NCBI GenBank assembly: GCA_002633005.1
Contig: NMRA01000609.1
Span: 1-46,880 of the forward strand
Length of the DNA stretch: 46,880 bases
Direction of reading: 5' to 3'
From: Phoronis australis
Taxonomy: Eukaryota; Animalia; Phoronida
How positions within the stretch are numbered: the first letter of the stretch is position 1; each line of letters opens with the position of its first letter. The notes beneath the pieces were generated by a model. The model made no database searches and was not told where the DNA came from. It saw nothing but the letters and a program-made list of their open reading frames with translations. The position numbers and the translations under genes are program-made. Below, piece after piece: positions 37,301 through 46,876 of the stretch.

Positions 37301-39614
37301 GCGCCCGGTACAAAGAAATACACGGCGTAGTCCCCGGGAACAACGGGATAAAATACTGAAATTAGAAACAGCGTGCAACAATAAGTTTGCATTTTTCGAC
37401 TTAGGAACTGTAACAGGCCGTTTTCCGACGTTGTTCGTGACACTGAAAATGATTCATTTTATCTTGAAAGTCACACTAAAACGCATGTGCACAGGTATAA
37501 TATCAGGCTAGGCGCGGAACATTGACCCGCATATGTCACTGCGGACGTACTATTCAAGTTGTTAACCAATAAATACATGTATTTGAGCATATATTCTTAA
37601 AGCCTCACTTCAACGGAATTTTGATATTTTAGATGAATTTGGCTAACTTTCCACTTAAATACGACTAGCCTCGGCATACTCTGTCACAATGTATTTAACA
37701 CAAGGAATTGCGCAGACTGTCCAGCTGCTTTTGCGAAACTAGTGGCTTAGTTTGATTTCGCGTTACGGCTAACTATTTTTCTCGCCGTGATGTACCTTTT
37801 ACCACCAACGTAAATTCTATTTAAATGCGAATAGTTTTTAGGTACATGTACAAATCAACTAAAAGCGTTAAATTAATTTACAAACTATTAATGTATGCAT
37901 GTATGTAAGAAGTGTGTCTAGGCGCAGTACGCAAACATATCATACGCACGATTCTTCACATTCCAATATTCCGCCCGAAATCATGATGGTTGAGAATTTT
38001 CAATAACAATAGTAAAATGGTGTCCGCGTACTTGTATATCCGAAGCATCATTTTCAAGCTTGGTTATATTCGAGGAGAATTCGCCTATCTCCGGATACAG
38101 TAGTAGATTCGAATATAGGCGCATGGGCCAACCATGCTAAATGACGTCGTATGGATTTTTCAAGCTTGCGAGATCCATGCGACGGGCCTAAGTGCGTCGC
38201 ATGGTTGTCGCCTATGGAACGCTGCCATTGTTTTCCTTTGTTGCGTCTTTGTTGGATATAACAATACAGGTCGCACGGATATCGGACCTTGCGGGCCCAT
38301 TAGGCGGCTACCGTTATCTTTATTATAAGAAAGAAAAACAAAGTGAACCGTGGATCCGCCTATCTACCGATATCTATGCGGCGAGCTTGTGACCTAATTT
38401 CCCATAAGTGTTTGAAGTGTTCCTTTAAAGAGTTCAGTTCACTCACCTGAAGAATGCAAAGGTGATTTATCGATGAGAACGTTGACCATAAACCAACGGG
38501 AGTTTAGACGAGTGCCGTTGTACGGGTTATCCCGGTACACAAATATACCTGTAATTATAAAACTGAAGATTACATTTTGCCATGCTTAAAAGAATTGCTT
38601 GCTCGTAAAGCCTAAAAAAATCTCGTCCGGGTGATGGGGTCTGAACTCGAAATTATTTTTCACATCTTCCGTTCTATTTTTCTGCGAACTCAGAATAAGA
38701 GGCCATTACCCTATACTCGAGTACATTATTTTTACGGGGAAGACTACTTCAACTTAGTTTGCACATAAAGCTGTAAGTTCGAGTCTTGACTCGAAATCTC
38801 GAGTTTTCATTCGAAATGTCGAGTTTGCAGCTGGAATATGTGGTTATCATCACGTGAGAACTTGGACTACACGGAGTTAATTTGTATAAACTAGGTGTAA
38901 ACCATAATACACGTATATTGGACCAAATACAAATAGACCATTGTCTTGAGTCCGTGCTCAAATATAACGGACAATTTTATGGATTTCGAGTTTTCAAAGA
39001 TATGAACCCGGGTTCTTCACGTGTTGATCACTTTTCCTTCAAAGCGCATTTAACGGTTCTTTCAAAGCAATGGCCGGCGTGAGGTGTAGTCACGGTCCTT
39101 TTGAAATTCTTTACATTGTATCACACGTGATCCCTAGACGGCCCTAAACTGCTTTACCCGCCGTGACTCGATGAGTTTTTAGTACGGTTCCTCCAAGGCA
39201 CACCAAACATTACTAGTCTCAGTAAATGGCTTACAGGGACGGATCCAGGATTTTAGGCTAGGGTAGAGGGGGTAGGGCAGAGTATTAGCCAGGATTTTGC
39301 CCGTCAGACATTCGCCAACCCCGATCTACCAAATGGAATTTGAGAGAATTTTAGAGGGCCCTGGCCCCCTTGGCCCTCCTCTAAATCCGCCAGTGGCATA
39401 AATCAAATCAAATCTAGAAACAACCACAAACGTAAACAAGGAAGTCTGAGACGTGCTTTATGTTGCTTGAGATTTTGTGACATGGAAAGTCAGGAGCACC
39501 ATCTAGTGTCAATAATAATGGATGGATGATCACGAATTCGGAAACTTGGATGAACATACCTGTAGTTGGTGAGATAAACGATGTCAACACTAACAGTTGC
39601 CATACACTGACCAT
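31135..39614 (-). CDS. Spliced 7-exon gene encoding a putative secreted chlorophyllase-like alpha/beta hydrolase, 321 aa
   Basis: Exons 39614-39560, 38548-38447, 37355-37241, 36730-36604, 35580-35440, 34209-33975 and 31325-31135 total 966 nt. All introns are GT-AG with matching phases (1,1,2,0,0,1) and there are no internal stops. The translation shows chlorophyllase motifs VFYPxxPGDYAV, ASRGFVVI, SHSSG, LEP, FPPC, FQHFYD and WGHCDILDD. Confidence 0.88.
31793..32749. mobile_element. Non-autonomous Kolobok-like DNA transposon, copy B (inverted; in intron 6 of the chlorophyllase-like gene)
   Basis: TTAA at 31789-92 and 32750-53. Full-length reverse-complement similarity to copy A, with the same THAP frameshift plus an extra small deletion in the LCSAHF motif. 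Confidence 0.8.
33975..34209 (-). CDS. Chlorophyllase-like gene coding exon 6 with acid (LEP) and His (GHCDILDD) motifs
   Basis: Acceptor TTTTCAG|, donor AAG|GTAATT, 235 nt. FPPC..GVDFQHFYD and WGHCDILDD resemble plant chlorophyllase FPPCAP..NHxxFF and YGHMDMLDD. Confidence 0.92.
35440..35580 (-). CDS. Chlorophyllase-like gene coding exon 5 with nucleophile elbow SHSSG
   Basis: Acceptor TTTGCAG|, donor AAT|GTAAGT, 141 nt. LGSHSSG occupies the GHSxG position (35488-35502). Confidence 0.9.
35930..36141 (-). mobile_element. tRNA-derived SINE
   Basis: Pol III A box TGGTCTAGTGG and B box GTTCGAGTCCC at tRNA-like spacing, without a complete cloverleaf. The 3' boundary is uncertain. Confidence 0.6.
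36146..36296. mobile_element. Second copy of the same MITE (intron 4)
   Basis: Reverse-complement match to 19256-19414. Confidence 0.85.
36604..36730 (-). CDS. Chlorophyllase-like gene coding exon 4 (FVVISSDLVWP...YLEQYQW)
   Basis: Acceptor TTACAG|, donor TGG|GTGAGT, 127 nt, phase 2-0. Completes the ASRGFVVI motif across the junction. Confidence 0.88.
37241..37355 (-). CDS. Chlorophyllase-like gene coding exon 3 (VFYPVVPGDYAVYFFVPG...LVASRG)
   Basis: Acceptor TTTCAG|, donor GG|GTAAC. Matches the chlorophyllase N-terminal strand and YxxxLxxxASxG motif. Confidence 0.9.
37601..38424. mobile_element. TTAA-flanked Kolobok-like non-autonomous element in intron 2
   Basis: TTAA|AGCCTCACTTCAA ... 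TTGAAGTGTTCCT|TTAA: an imperfect 13-bp TIR with TTAA on both sides. Confidence 0.6.
38447..38548 (-). CDS. Chlorophyllase-like gene coding exon 2 (GIFVYRDNPYNGTRL...SPLHSS)
   Basis: Acceptor TTACAG|, donor CAG|GTGAGT, 102 nt open in phase 1-1. Not present in the ORF track. Confidence 0.8.
39234..39395. mobile_element. MITE in intron 1 of the chlorophyllase-like gene
   Basis: TIR CAGGGACGGAT../..ATCCGCCAGTG, flanks GCTTA/GCATA, and homology to 9133-9243. Confidence 0.7.
39560..39614 (-). CDS. Chlorophyllase-like gene coding exon 1 (signal-peptide-like MVSVWQLLVLTSFISPTT)
   Basis: ATG at 39614, then a hydrophobic stretch and donor ACAG|GTATGT. Phase 1 matches the next exon. An alternative in-frame ATG lies at 39623. 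Confidence 0.7.
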
Positions 39615-39857
39615 CTTTGGCATTTCCTGAACACTCCTGTTTAATAGATGAGACGTGTTCTGCCGGATAACGTACACAAACGTCTCGTAAGTTTAATCAC
39701 GAGGCTTTATCAGTTAGTATTCTAACCTTCATCCACAGGCTACTGAGAGTCCGATCGGTCCAAAGTTTTAATACAGCTGTTGTTAGTTACAGGAAAGGCG
39801 GCTATATACTGTAAGCTTGAACCCATCACAAAATGAACTATTATTTAAAACGCTTAC

Positions 39858-40296
39858 CTTTATGAAACTCGCCTCAAATTGTCTCTTAGTTAAATTAGAT
39901 GTCAGTGATTTCAGAGCTTTCTCTGGTGAACACAAACAATTGGTTACTTAGTCGCGTACATATACATGTACTTGGGCGGCTCTAAAATGTGCATGTTTGT
40001 CTCGGCGTGTCAATTAATGCGCCGAGGACGGTCTCGATGATTATCGAGCTGTCTGTTCTTCGCCGCAAGCCAATGAAAATCCCTTCTCCTCTGAATGAGA
40101 AACAAGTTAAAAACAAATTTATTTTGGTAAGAAGTCAAAATAAAAAGAGTATAATTTACTTAGATAGATGTATCCTCAATGAACAGTGTTCACGGTGCCG
40201 AGCATCGGGTAATACGTAGCGACACGAAAACTGGAACTTACCGTTTGGTGCGCCGGGATCCTTCAGTTTTACTTGCAAAAGTTCACGTTTGACCAT
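39858..40296 (-). other. Two candidate upstream exons of the chlorophyllase-like gene (ending at 40242, and 39922-39858)
   Basis: Consensus donors ACG|GTAAGT (40241) and AAG|GTAAGC (39857), and acceptor TGTGTTCACCAG| (39923). Splice signals only; no transcript evidence. Confidence 0.4.
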
Positions 40297-40752
40297 TATT
40301 GTATGCTGCATGGTAAGGGGCACTGGAAGTCGCGTGCATCTCAGGGCCTACAGCGTTGTACTGAAAAATGCGAACTGTTGTTTTGCCCCATCATCCGTTG
40401 AAATCGCGACTGCACAATAGAAATATCCAGCAAATTCAAAATGCGAGCAAACAAAGCAGTTAAATACGGGACCAGCTCTCTTTTGTTCGATAATTGCTCT
40501 AATCTCCCATAACATGGTATATCTAGCCTGACTGGGTTGTCTGGTTTAAAATAAATGAGCTATAACATATTTTAACATAAACCAATAGCATGTCTGAAAT
40601 GCTCGTCAAATATTGATCATGTTTAGTTTTTTAATCGAGAAAATCGCGCAACTACAACCGAAGTTACGACAATCTATTCTTTCCGAACGTAGTCGCTCTG
40701 GGTTTAATCATAGATAGTCTATGGTTTAACTGTGTTCACACGTGGTCTATAA

Positions 40753-41010
40753 CAATAGGTTTATTTTATGTAACAGGCCTCCGGCCCACATTACAAATAT
40801 ATAATACATTGAGAGTACAAGATTTTCAAATCTAAATTAATTCATATCAAGGAACCCATTTCTACGTTTCTCCGCATTAACAACTTTTCTCAGGACAGTT
40901 AAATCACGAGTCTGTAGAAAATTTTTGAACACTATCTCTTCCACTTTATTGTATCTTGGTAAGAACAGCACTCGTAGATCAGAATATAAATTACTTTCGA
41001 GAAGAAAGTG
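40753..41010 (-). mobile_element. 5'-truncated LINE 3' end inserted in an older repeat
   Basis: HFLLESNLYSDLRVLFLPRY resembles the LINE ORF2 C-terminal HFLLxCxxYxxLR motif. It is followed by a stop, a short GGGCCGGAGGCCT hairpin and AATAAA. It is absent from the homologous repeat copy at ~3840. Confidence 0.7.
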
Positions 41011-42167
41011 TAAGCCTGGTAGATAATCGGCCTGCCCCCTGTTGTCCTACCAGACAAAAGACTGTGCTTGGTAGTTAATAAAGAAGCTAGATGTTATCAC
41101 ACGCTCTGATACGCCGTAAAATGTAACAATTTCGTGAACAGTAACAACTGTTACATTTTATGTCATTGTTACATTTTACGTTGCTAGGCCTCTCCTAAAA
41201 TGTAACAAGTTGTTACATTTTATGTAATTGTTACAATTTACGTCGAGTGCACATGCGAGAACTGTATCATTGTTACATTTTACGAAAGCGACGTCAAATT
41301 TCATGAATTTGCAAGGTATTCGTCACAAGGTGGAAAACCGTTCACACACTTAACGCCTTCTTTCTCGTATTGTGTGAATGAAATTCTATCAAATGTACCA
41401 GGTCGACTTTACAGATGTGTCCGTTCGTACTTTCCATGTTTTTTGAACATGAGTAGTTTAATGGTATAATAAAAATGTACAGCGTATATTTTCAACTCCA
41501 CACGAAAGGAGTTTCCAGGTTCAGGTAACAAGTTTTTCATCGTCAAAGCGTTCTTGCATTTTTTGTTAACGCTAACAAACCAATTTTTATCCGACATTAC
41601 AGTAAATACACTTCCCTTTGTAAGAACAACAATTAATGACATCGTATTTGGCTAATATTTATCGTATTTCTTCGGGAACGAACGACGATAACAAAATTTT
41701 CCATGGAGATTTCAATTTCGGAAGCCAGTTTGTTAGAAAAGATATCAGTTTTAGTCCACGATAGTTTCGTTTATTTCGGCAACTGTTTTATTGCCTTGGA
41801 GTCATCGCTAATGCAGTAATTGCCCCGCTTTACACAAAATGAGAAACCAAAGTTTCTGATGCCGACAGGTGCTGTCTACCACCTTAGTTACGAATGACGA
41901 TTTCTCAAAGACAAATAAAAGCACACATTCATTTGCCGGCAGGTTGACAGATTTTGCCAAAGCAACAGCAAAATATCGCCTATGAGAAGGGTGAGCCATT
42001 AGTGGCGGCATTGTGACGAAAGAAATATCATTGTTCCTACGATGTCAAACCTGGCTGAAACAGTGGTGGTAACAACAGGGCAAACCGTGACGTGTAAACG
42101 TAAAAATGGGATGCCTTGCACTCTGAAGGGATATTTTGCTCAAACCTGGTCTAGATCTATAGATTAA

Positions 42168-42920
42168 AGGGGCAATGATCCTTTTAAGATAAAATATGAA
42201 TTAAAATTGCTATTTGGCCAATGGTCGTTAGTTCGAAGTACAAAAAGATTGGACATTCTGTTATTAATGGACGTGAAGTCACGTGTCTCATGAGGCGCCA
42301 CTTTTTTGTGTTGCAGCTCGCAGATAAGGGAATTTGGTATATTAATCCTTTTGATGCAATGTATTTTAATCTTTTTGATGTATTACATCAAATGCTCATA
42401 TTAAATATCGCTGACTTCGACGTCGGCGGTTTTTGTTCCATACAATCAACTTTCAATGAAACCTAATTCAAATCATTCTGTTAAACCACTGTGTTTTTTT
42501 AAGAATATTGGGGCCCATTCCACATAAAATTGTTGCGTGTCTTGTATGTCCGTTACAAGCTATTCTAATGACCCGGTGACCGCAACTGACTAGTCGTTAG
42601 TTCTCAAATAATGTCTGCCTCCAGAGTTCAGCGTAACGCCATTTTGAACTTACACATCAGTTCTTTGACAAGGAATGTTTTTAAAAAGAGACAATTTTGC
42701 GGTCTGAATTCAGTACTTCGTGGCCAACTACAGATGGACATAGTTATATTTACAAATAATACAATACTTGCCGATAGTTCAGAAATAATCAATTTTTGAA
42801 TTTGGTGCTCGTCTAAACAAGATTTTAAATCTCAACCTCCTCGTTTACATAAGGTAGGCGTACTCTGCATCCACAGCTGTCAAGACGTTCCTCACAATAA
42901 TTATGAACTTAGGAGCCCCT
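42168..42920. mobile_element. TTAA-flanked Kolobok-like non-autonomous element (nested)
   Basis: TTAA|AGGGGC ... GCCCCT|TTAA. The TIR match is short. Confidence 0.5.
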
Positions 42921-43068
42921 TTAAAATCCTATTGGGACAGCACTCGCTGTCCACTTTGGAAAGCCCGATGACAATATTGAACAATAAATGAAATGATTTT
43001 AAAAACTTTGATGTTCATGATGTATCAGCACTTTGCTAAACATGTATTGTGTCCTCGTTAAATAAAGT

Positions 43069-43165
43069 TAATAATAATAATAATAATAATGATAACGAAA
43101 ACGATAACGAGTAGTAGCAGTGACAGTAATATAGTATTAATAGCAGTAACAGTAGTGATAGTAAT
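43069..43165. repeat. (AAT)n / AGT-rich microsatellite
   Basis: Direct reading of the sequence. Confidence 0.8.
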
Positions 43166-43217
43166 GTAAAACTAATAAAACTGTTAATAAGTAGCCAAAT
43201 TCATGTCGTGTCAGCTC

Positions 43218-43490
43218 GGAGGGCATTCCTATAGAAGATGTATACGAAAAGTGCTGCCCAAAAGGGTGTTTTTTCACAAAAAACTACTCTGCAAAATGGT
43301 GCCATTTTCGACATAACTGAAAGGTGCCTTTCCTGAATTTCTGAAACAAAAGTGTCCGAAAATGAGAGGTTTTACTCAAATTAGTTTCTAAATGGGTCAG
43401 TTTTTTGTACGAGCCCACTCTCTAAATGGGTAGGTATTCAAATTTTTCGGGCGCCACTCCTCGTCTAAAAATACTCCAGTACCCCCCGGC
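43218..43490. mobile_element. Degenerate MITE with ..GTACCCCCGG end (nested in the 41107-43710 element)
   Basis: CGGAGGGCATTCC start and CCAGTACCCCCGG end; a similar end occurs at ~29495-29503. Confidence 0.45.
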
Positions 43491-44309
43491 CGGGTCAGAT
43501 ACCCCTTGTTCATGACTTTGGTCATTTTCTTTGCAATATGACGTAGGTTTCGTAAAATGTAACAATTAATGGTACATTTCTCGCATGTGCGTCCGACGTG
43601 AAATTTAACAACTACATAAAATGTAACAACTTGTTACATTTTAGAAGAGGTTTAGCAACGTAAAGTGTAACAATGACGTAAAATGTAACAACTGTTACGA
43701 AATTGCTACAACCCTCAACGTCTGGTAAAGTCACTGAACGGGAAAACGCCGCCATGTATCATGGTCGATCGCGGGAGTTTGGTCTGTTTGGAGATAAATT
43801 CGAATCATTCTTCCGTGAAATACAGACATGAAAGATAGCTGTGTGTTGTACTTTTAGACTTGCGATTTCTTTCAGTTATAAACACACAAAACGTTCGTTA
43901 TCCCAGCCAGTGCCACGGAACCCGATCGGGCCCGTCGCGAACGCCCGGGACTCCCCGTCACGAACATAAACCAGCTTTAGTTGGAAACTACACCTCCAGT
44001 CACGAAAAGACTATACTGGTGAGCCAAAGAAATAATGTGCACGTAATTATCTGTAGCGCCCAAACTACTCTACTCACTGAAATACATAAAAGGCAATTTA
44101 AACGCATTTGCAGTAACGAAAATAGCACTTTATATCCAGTTTCGGCGGCACGTAGAAAATCGCGCTCAAGCGGTCAGGCCTAGGCTTAGGGGCTCAGCAG
44201 CCAACGGCAATGGGCGTGCATGTGGGATCAAACACAAGAATTTCACACATCACTCACATCACACGATTCCAATCCAACGAATAACCGGGTACGGTTGATT
44301 TTCCTTTCA

Positions 44310-44560
44310 GGAAGCGTTGTTATTTCTAGTGTTTCATCGTTTTCAGTCGGTCCTCAGACTCCAACTTAGTCCGAGGCGACTCATCGACGCACTCCGTAAT
44401 TGTTCCTCTCTCAAAGTTTACAGAACACAAACCTTGACTTATGTTGTTTGTGAAGACATCGACCGTTTTTTATCCACTTTTCCACGAAATATTCTGTCTA
44501 CTCCACGCTCCACGCATTTTTGACCGCAGAATCGCACTATTTGTTGCCGCGATTTTATAC
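44310..44560 (-). pseudogene. Highly degraded THAP-like relic
   Basis: Across frameshifts it reads EKWIKNGR...LCSVNFE...RLK. It shares a ~70-bp flanking repeat (43983-44050) with the flank of the 13-kb THAP relic (12683-12748). Confidence 0.35.
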
Positions 44561-45199
44561 CAAATGCAGACGCCATTGATGAACCACGCTATCCCTGAGA
44601 CACAGGCGCTTGAATTTATCTGTTCCTCGATTGTCTCTGACGTCACTCACTACTAAGAAAGCATGTTTCTTGTATGTGGTTACGAGTCATCGCCAAATTC
44701 GAGCGCCTGTGATCCACAATTACAGTTTTCGTTCCTCCGAAACATAATGAGCAGTTTCCTCTTTTCGAGCCGTCGGCAACGCAGAGGTGAGAAACCAATT
44801 TGCCGCGATAATTTTATGGCAAATCCGATTTTTTTGCGGAACTATAACGAAAATACGCGGAGGGAATAAAAGAAAAAAGCGGAAATCCGTCGGATAGTCT
44901 TTGCCGGTGTTCCAATTTGACAGCTGATCCACTTGTAGGATTGTTTTTAGGTGTTTTTGAAATAAAAATTGGTGAAGTCCCATGTCATATGGAACCGTAA
45001 TACAATCGGTGTACTCCATTTGGTCAACTGTCTTAAAACATTTACATTACAGTACACTTGCACTGAAATGCATGTTTCCATACTAAACACATAATCATAA
45101 ACAAATTTTGTTGTTTTTTACTATTTGGAAACACATAGGTTCATAATGAAATAAATATATTATACCAAATCTTGTTAACATAATATGAATACATGTACA

Positions 45200-45661
45200 C
45201 CTATACCACAAAATATTAAAGACTTTTGGACGGAGATTTTATTCTTTGCAGCTTTCTTAAGTACACTGAAGGATACCTCTGATTCAGACACTAACAAGAC
45301 TCAATTTACAGCTGATGTTTTGTAGAAAAACGAACCTTTCACTTAGTCCAATTAACCAGTCTCAATTTGATTATATCTCAGATGAAAAGTGGTCTCAGTG
45401 ACTGGAAATAACTGACAGTTTGTTGTTATAAGAGTCCATCCTGGCTGCATAAAGTGACCCATCATGATGTCATGATAAACCAGTGTGTTGAGCATGGGCT
45501 CGATCAATAACAAATTGCGAGTTCCTTCCAAACCAAGAAATCACCTGACGCAAGTGAAGACGCAGTTTAGCACTAGTCGAAATCAAAAATTTTCTTTCAA
45601 CAGAAGGTAAATTTATAGCACTAACATTCCAAAACAAGATGCTGAGCTTTTCAGATCTCAA
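45200..45661 (-). mobile_element. Degraded non-LTR retrotransposon (LINE) APE endonuclease 5' part; possible ORF1 relic upstream to ~46450
   Basis: KLSILFWNVSAI resembles the APE N-terminal LxIxxWNVxGL motif, followed by degenerate WL and LVSV motifs with stops. Confidence 0.5.
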
Positions 45662-46797
45662 CTTGGAGCCTCCATTAAGCTTGGTTTCCAGCCACGCCAG
45701 TCTGCACTACTGCAGTGCAAATGTGGCGAAAACATTTGGCATGGTCACAGCAGCGTGGAAGCAAAGTCCATGCCACAAGCCTAGAAAGTCTATTGGGATC
45801 GACCACCATAGAGCATGGATGGTACACAACATGTCAAAAACGTCTGCACCCGGTGACCCCAGGCAGACTGAGGCACACCCTGCCCACAGCATCCTGGGAA
45901 GGCCTGGTGAAGCCTGGAGTGTGACGAAAACAAACTTATGCCCTACTAACAGTAAGTTGTGCTAAGGTCAGCTAGTGCAAGGCTGAACACTAGCCTAAAA
46001 AGAGGCAAGTGGCTCATTCTTCAAGACTTTTAACATCAACTGTATCGTCGATTTTAAGATATAAAATCTCAAAATAAAGATCACAAGCAATGGAAACAGT
46101 GAAAGTCGAAGGGAAATAAACAACATAAGGCAACTGCAGTGCACATTTCAGGCACACGCCTCTAAGAATGTCAAAATCTGCCAGCACAGAATTTTCCCAA
46201 TCGCGACCTTGACCTCACAACCAGCCTTGTCACCATCAGTTAAACCCAGGCAGAAACTGTACTCCATTGTACGGTTTCTGGAGAAAACGTACTCTTAATG
46301 TGAAACTCATAATGTAACTCACCAACATGTCCCTATACGGACCACAAACAAAATGTCTCAAAACCAATAATTTTAAGAACATGTAACTCGTATTTTCCAA
46401 AGTTCCGAAATTCCCACCTGCACTAGAAGACAGGCAATGAAACTGCTCCATTATATAGAGTGTGATGGAGACAAATAACTAGTGAATTAGAGCACAGTGA
46501 GAACAGACGGATTGGGGCTTTAAAAAAATGGCTGCAGGTACTTTGAGACAGTCTGGCTGTGATAAATAATACACCTTTTTGTGCAGGCTAATTTAGAACA
46601 GAAGTATAAATTCAAGTCGTCGTAGAATGTAACGCACATGTTAAAAAAGGACACAAACTGGTGCTGATGGTTTTAATGGAATCGAATTTAGCACGGGCTA
46701 AGGAGCAAAACGACCCTTGTTTAATTCCTTGTAGGCTTTGAACCAAGAAGCACTATTTTAATAGTTAACAGTTTGCTTTAGAGGACAGTGAGAACAA

Positions 46798-46876
46798 ACA
46801 GACTGAAAACTAACTTAACACAAATAGTTGCGAGCATTACTCGTAACTATTTGTGTTAAGTTAGTTTTCAGTCTGT
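46798..46876. repeat. Near-perfect 79-bp palindrome (hairpin MITE)
   Basis: 37-bp arms with one mismatch and a 5-nt loop CATTA. Confidence 0.9.

Larger units (their letters stand above)
41107..43710. mobile_element. ~2.6-kb non-autonomous DNA element with ~180-bp TIRs built of AAAATGTAACAA subrepeats
   Basis: 41107-41295 is the reverse complement of ~43535-43710. It splits a repeat that is contiguous at ~3690-3760. Confidence 0.8.
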
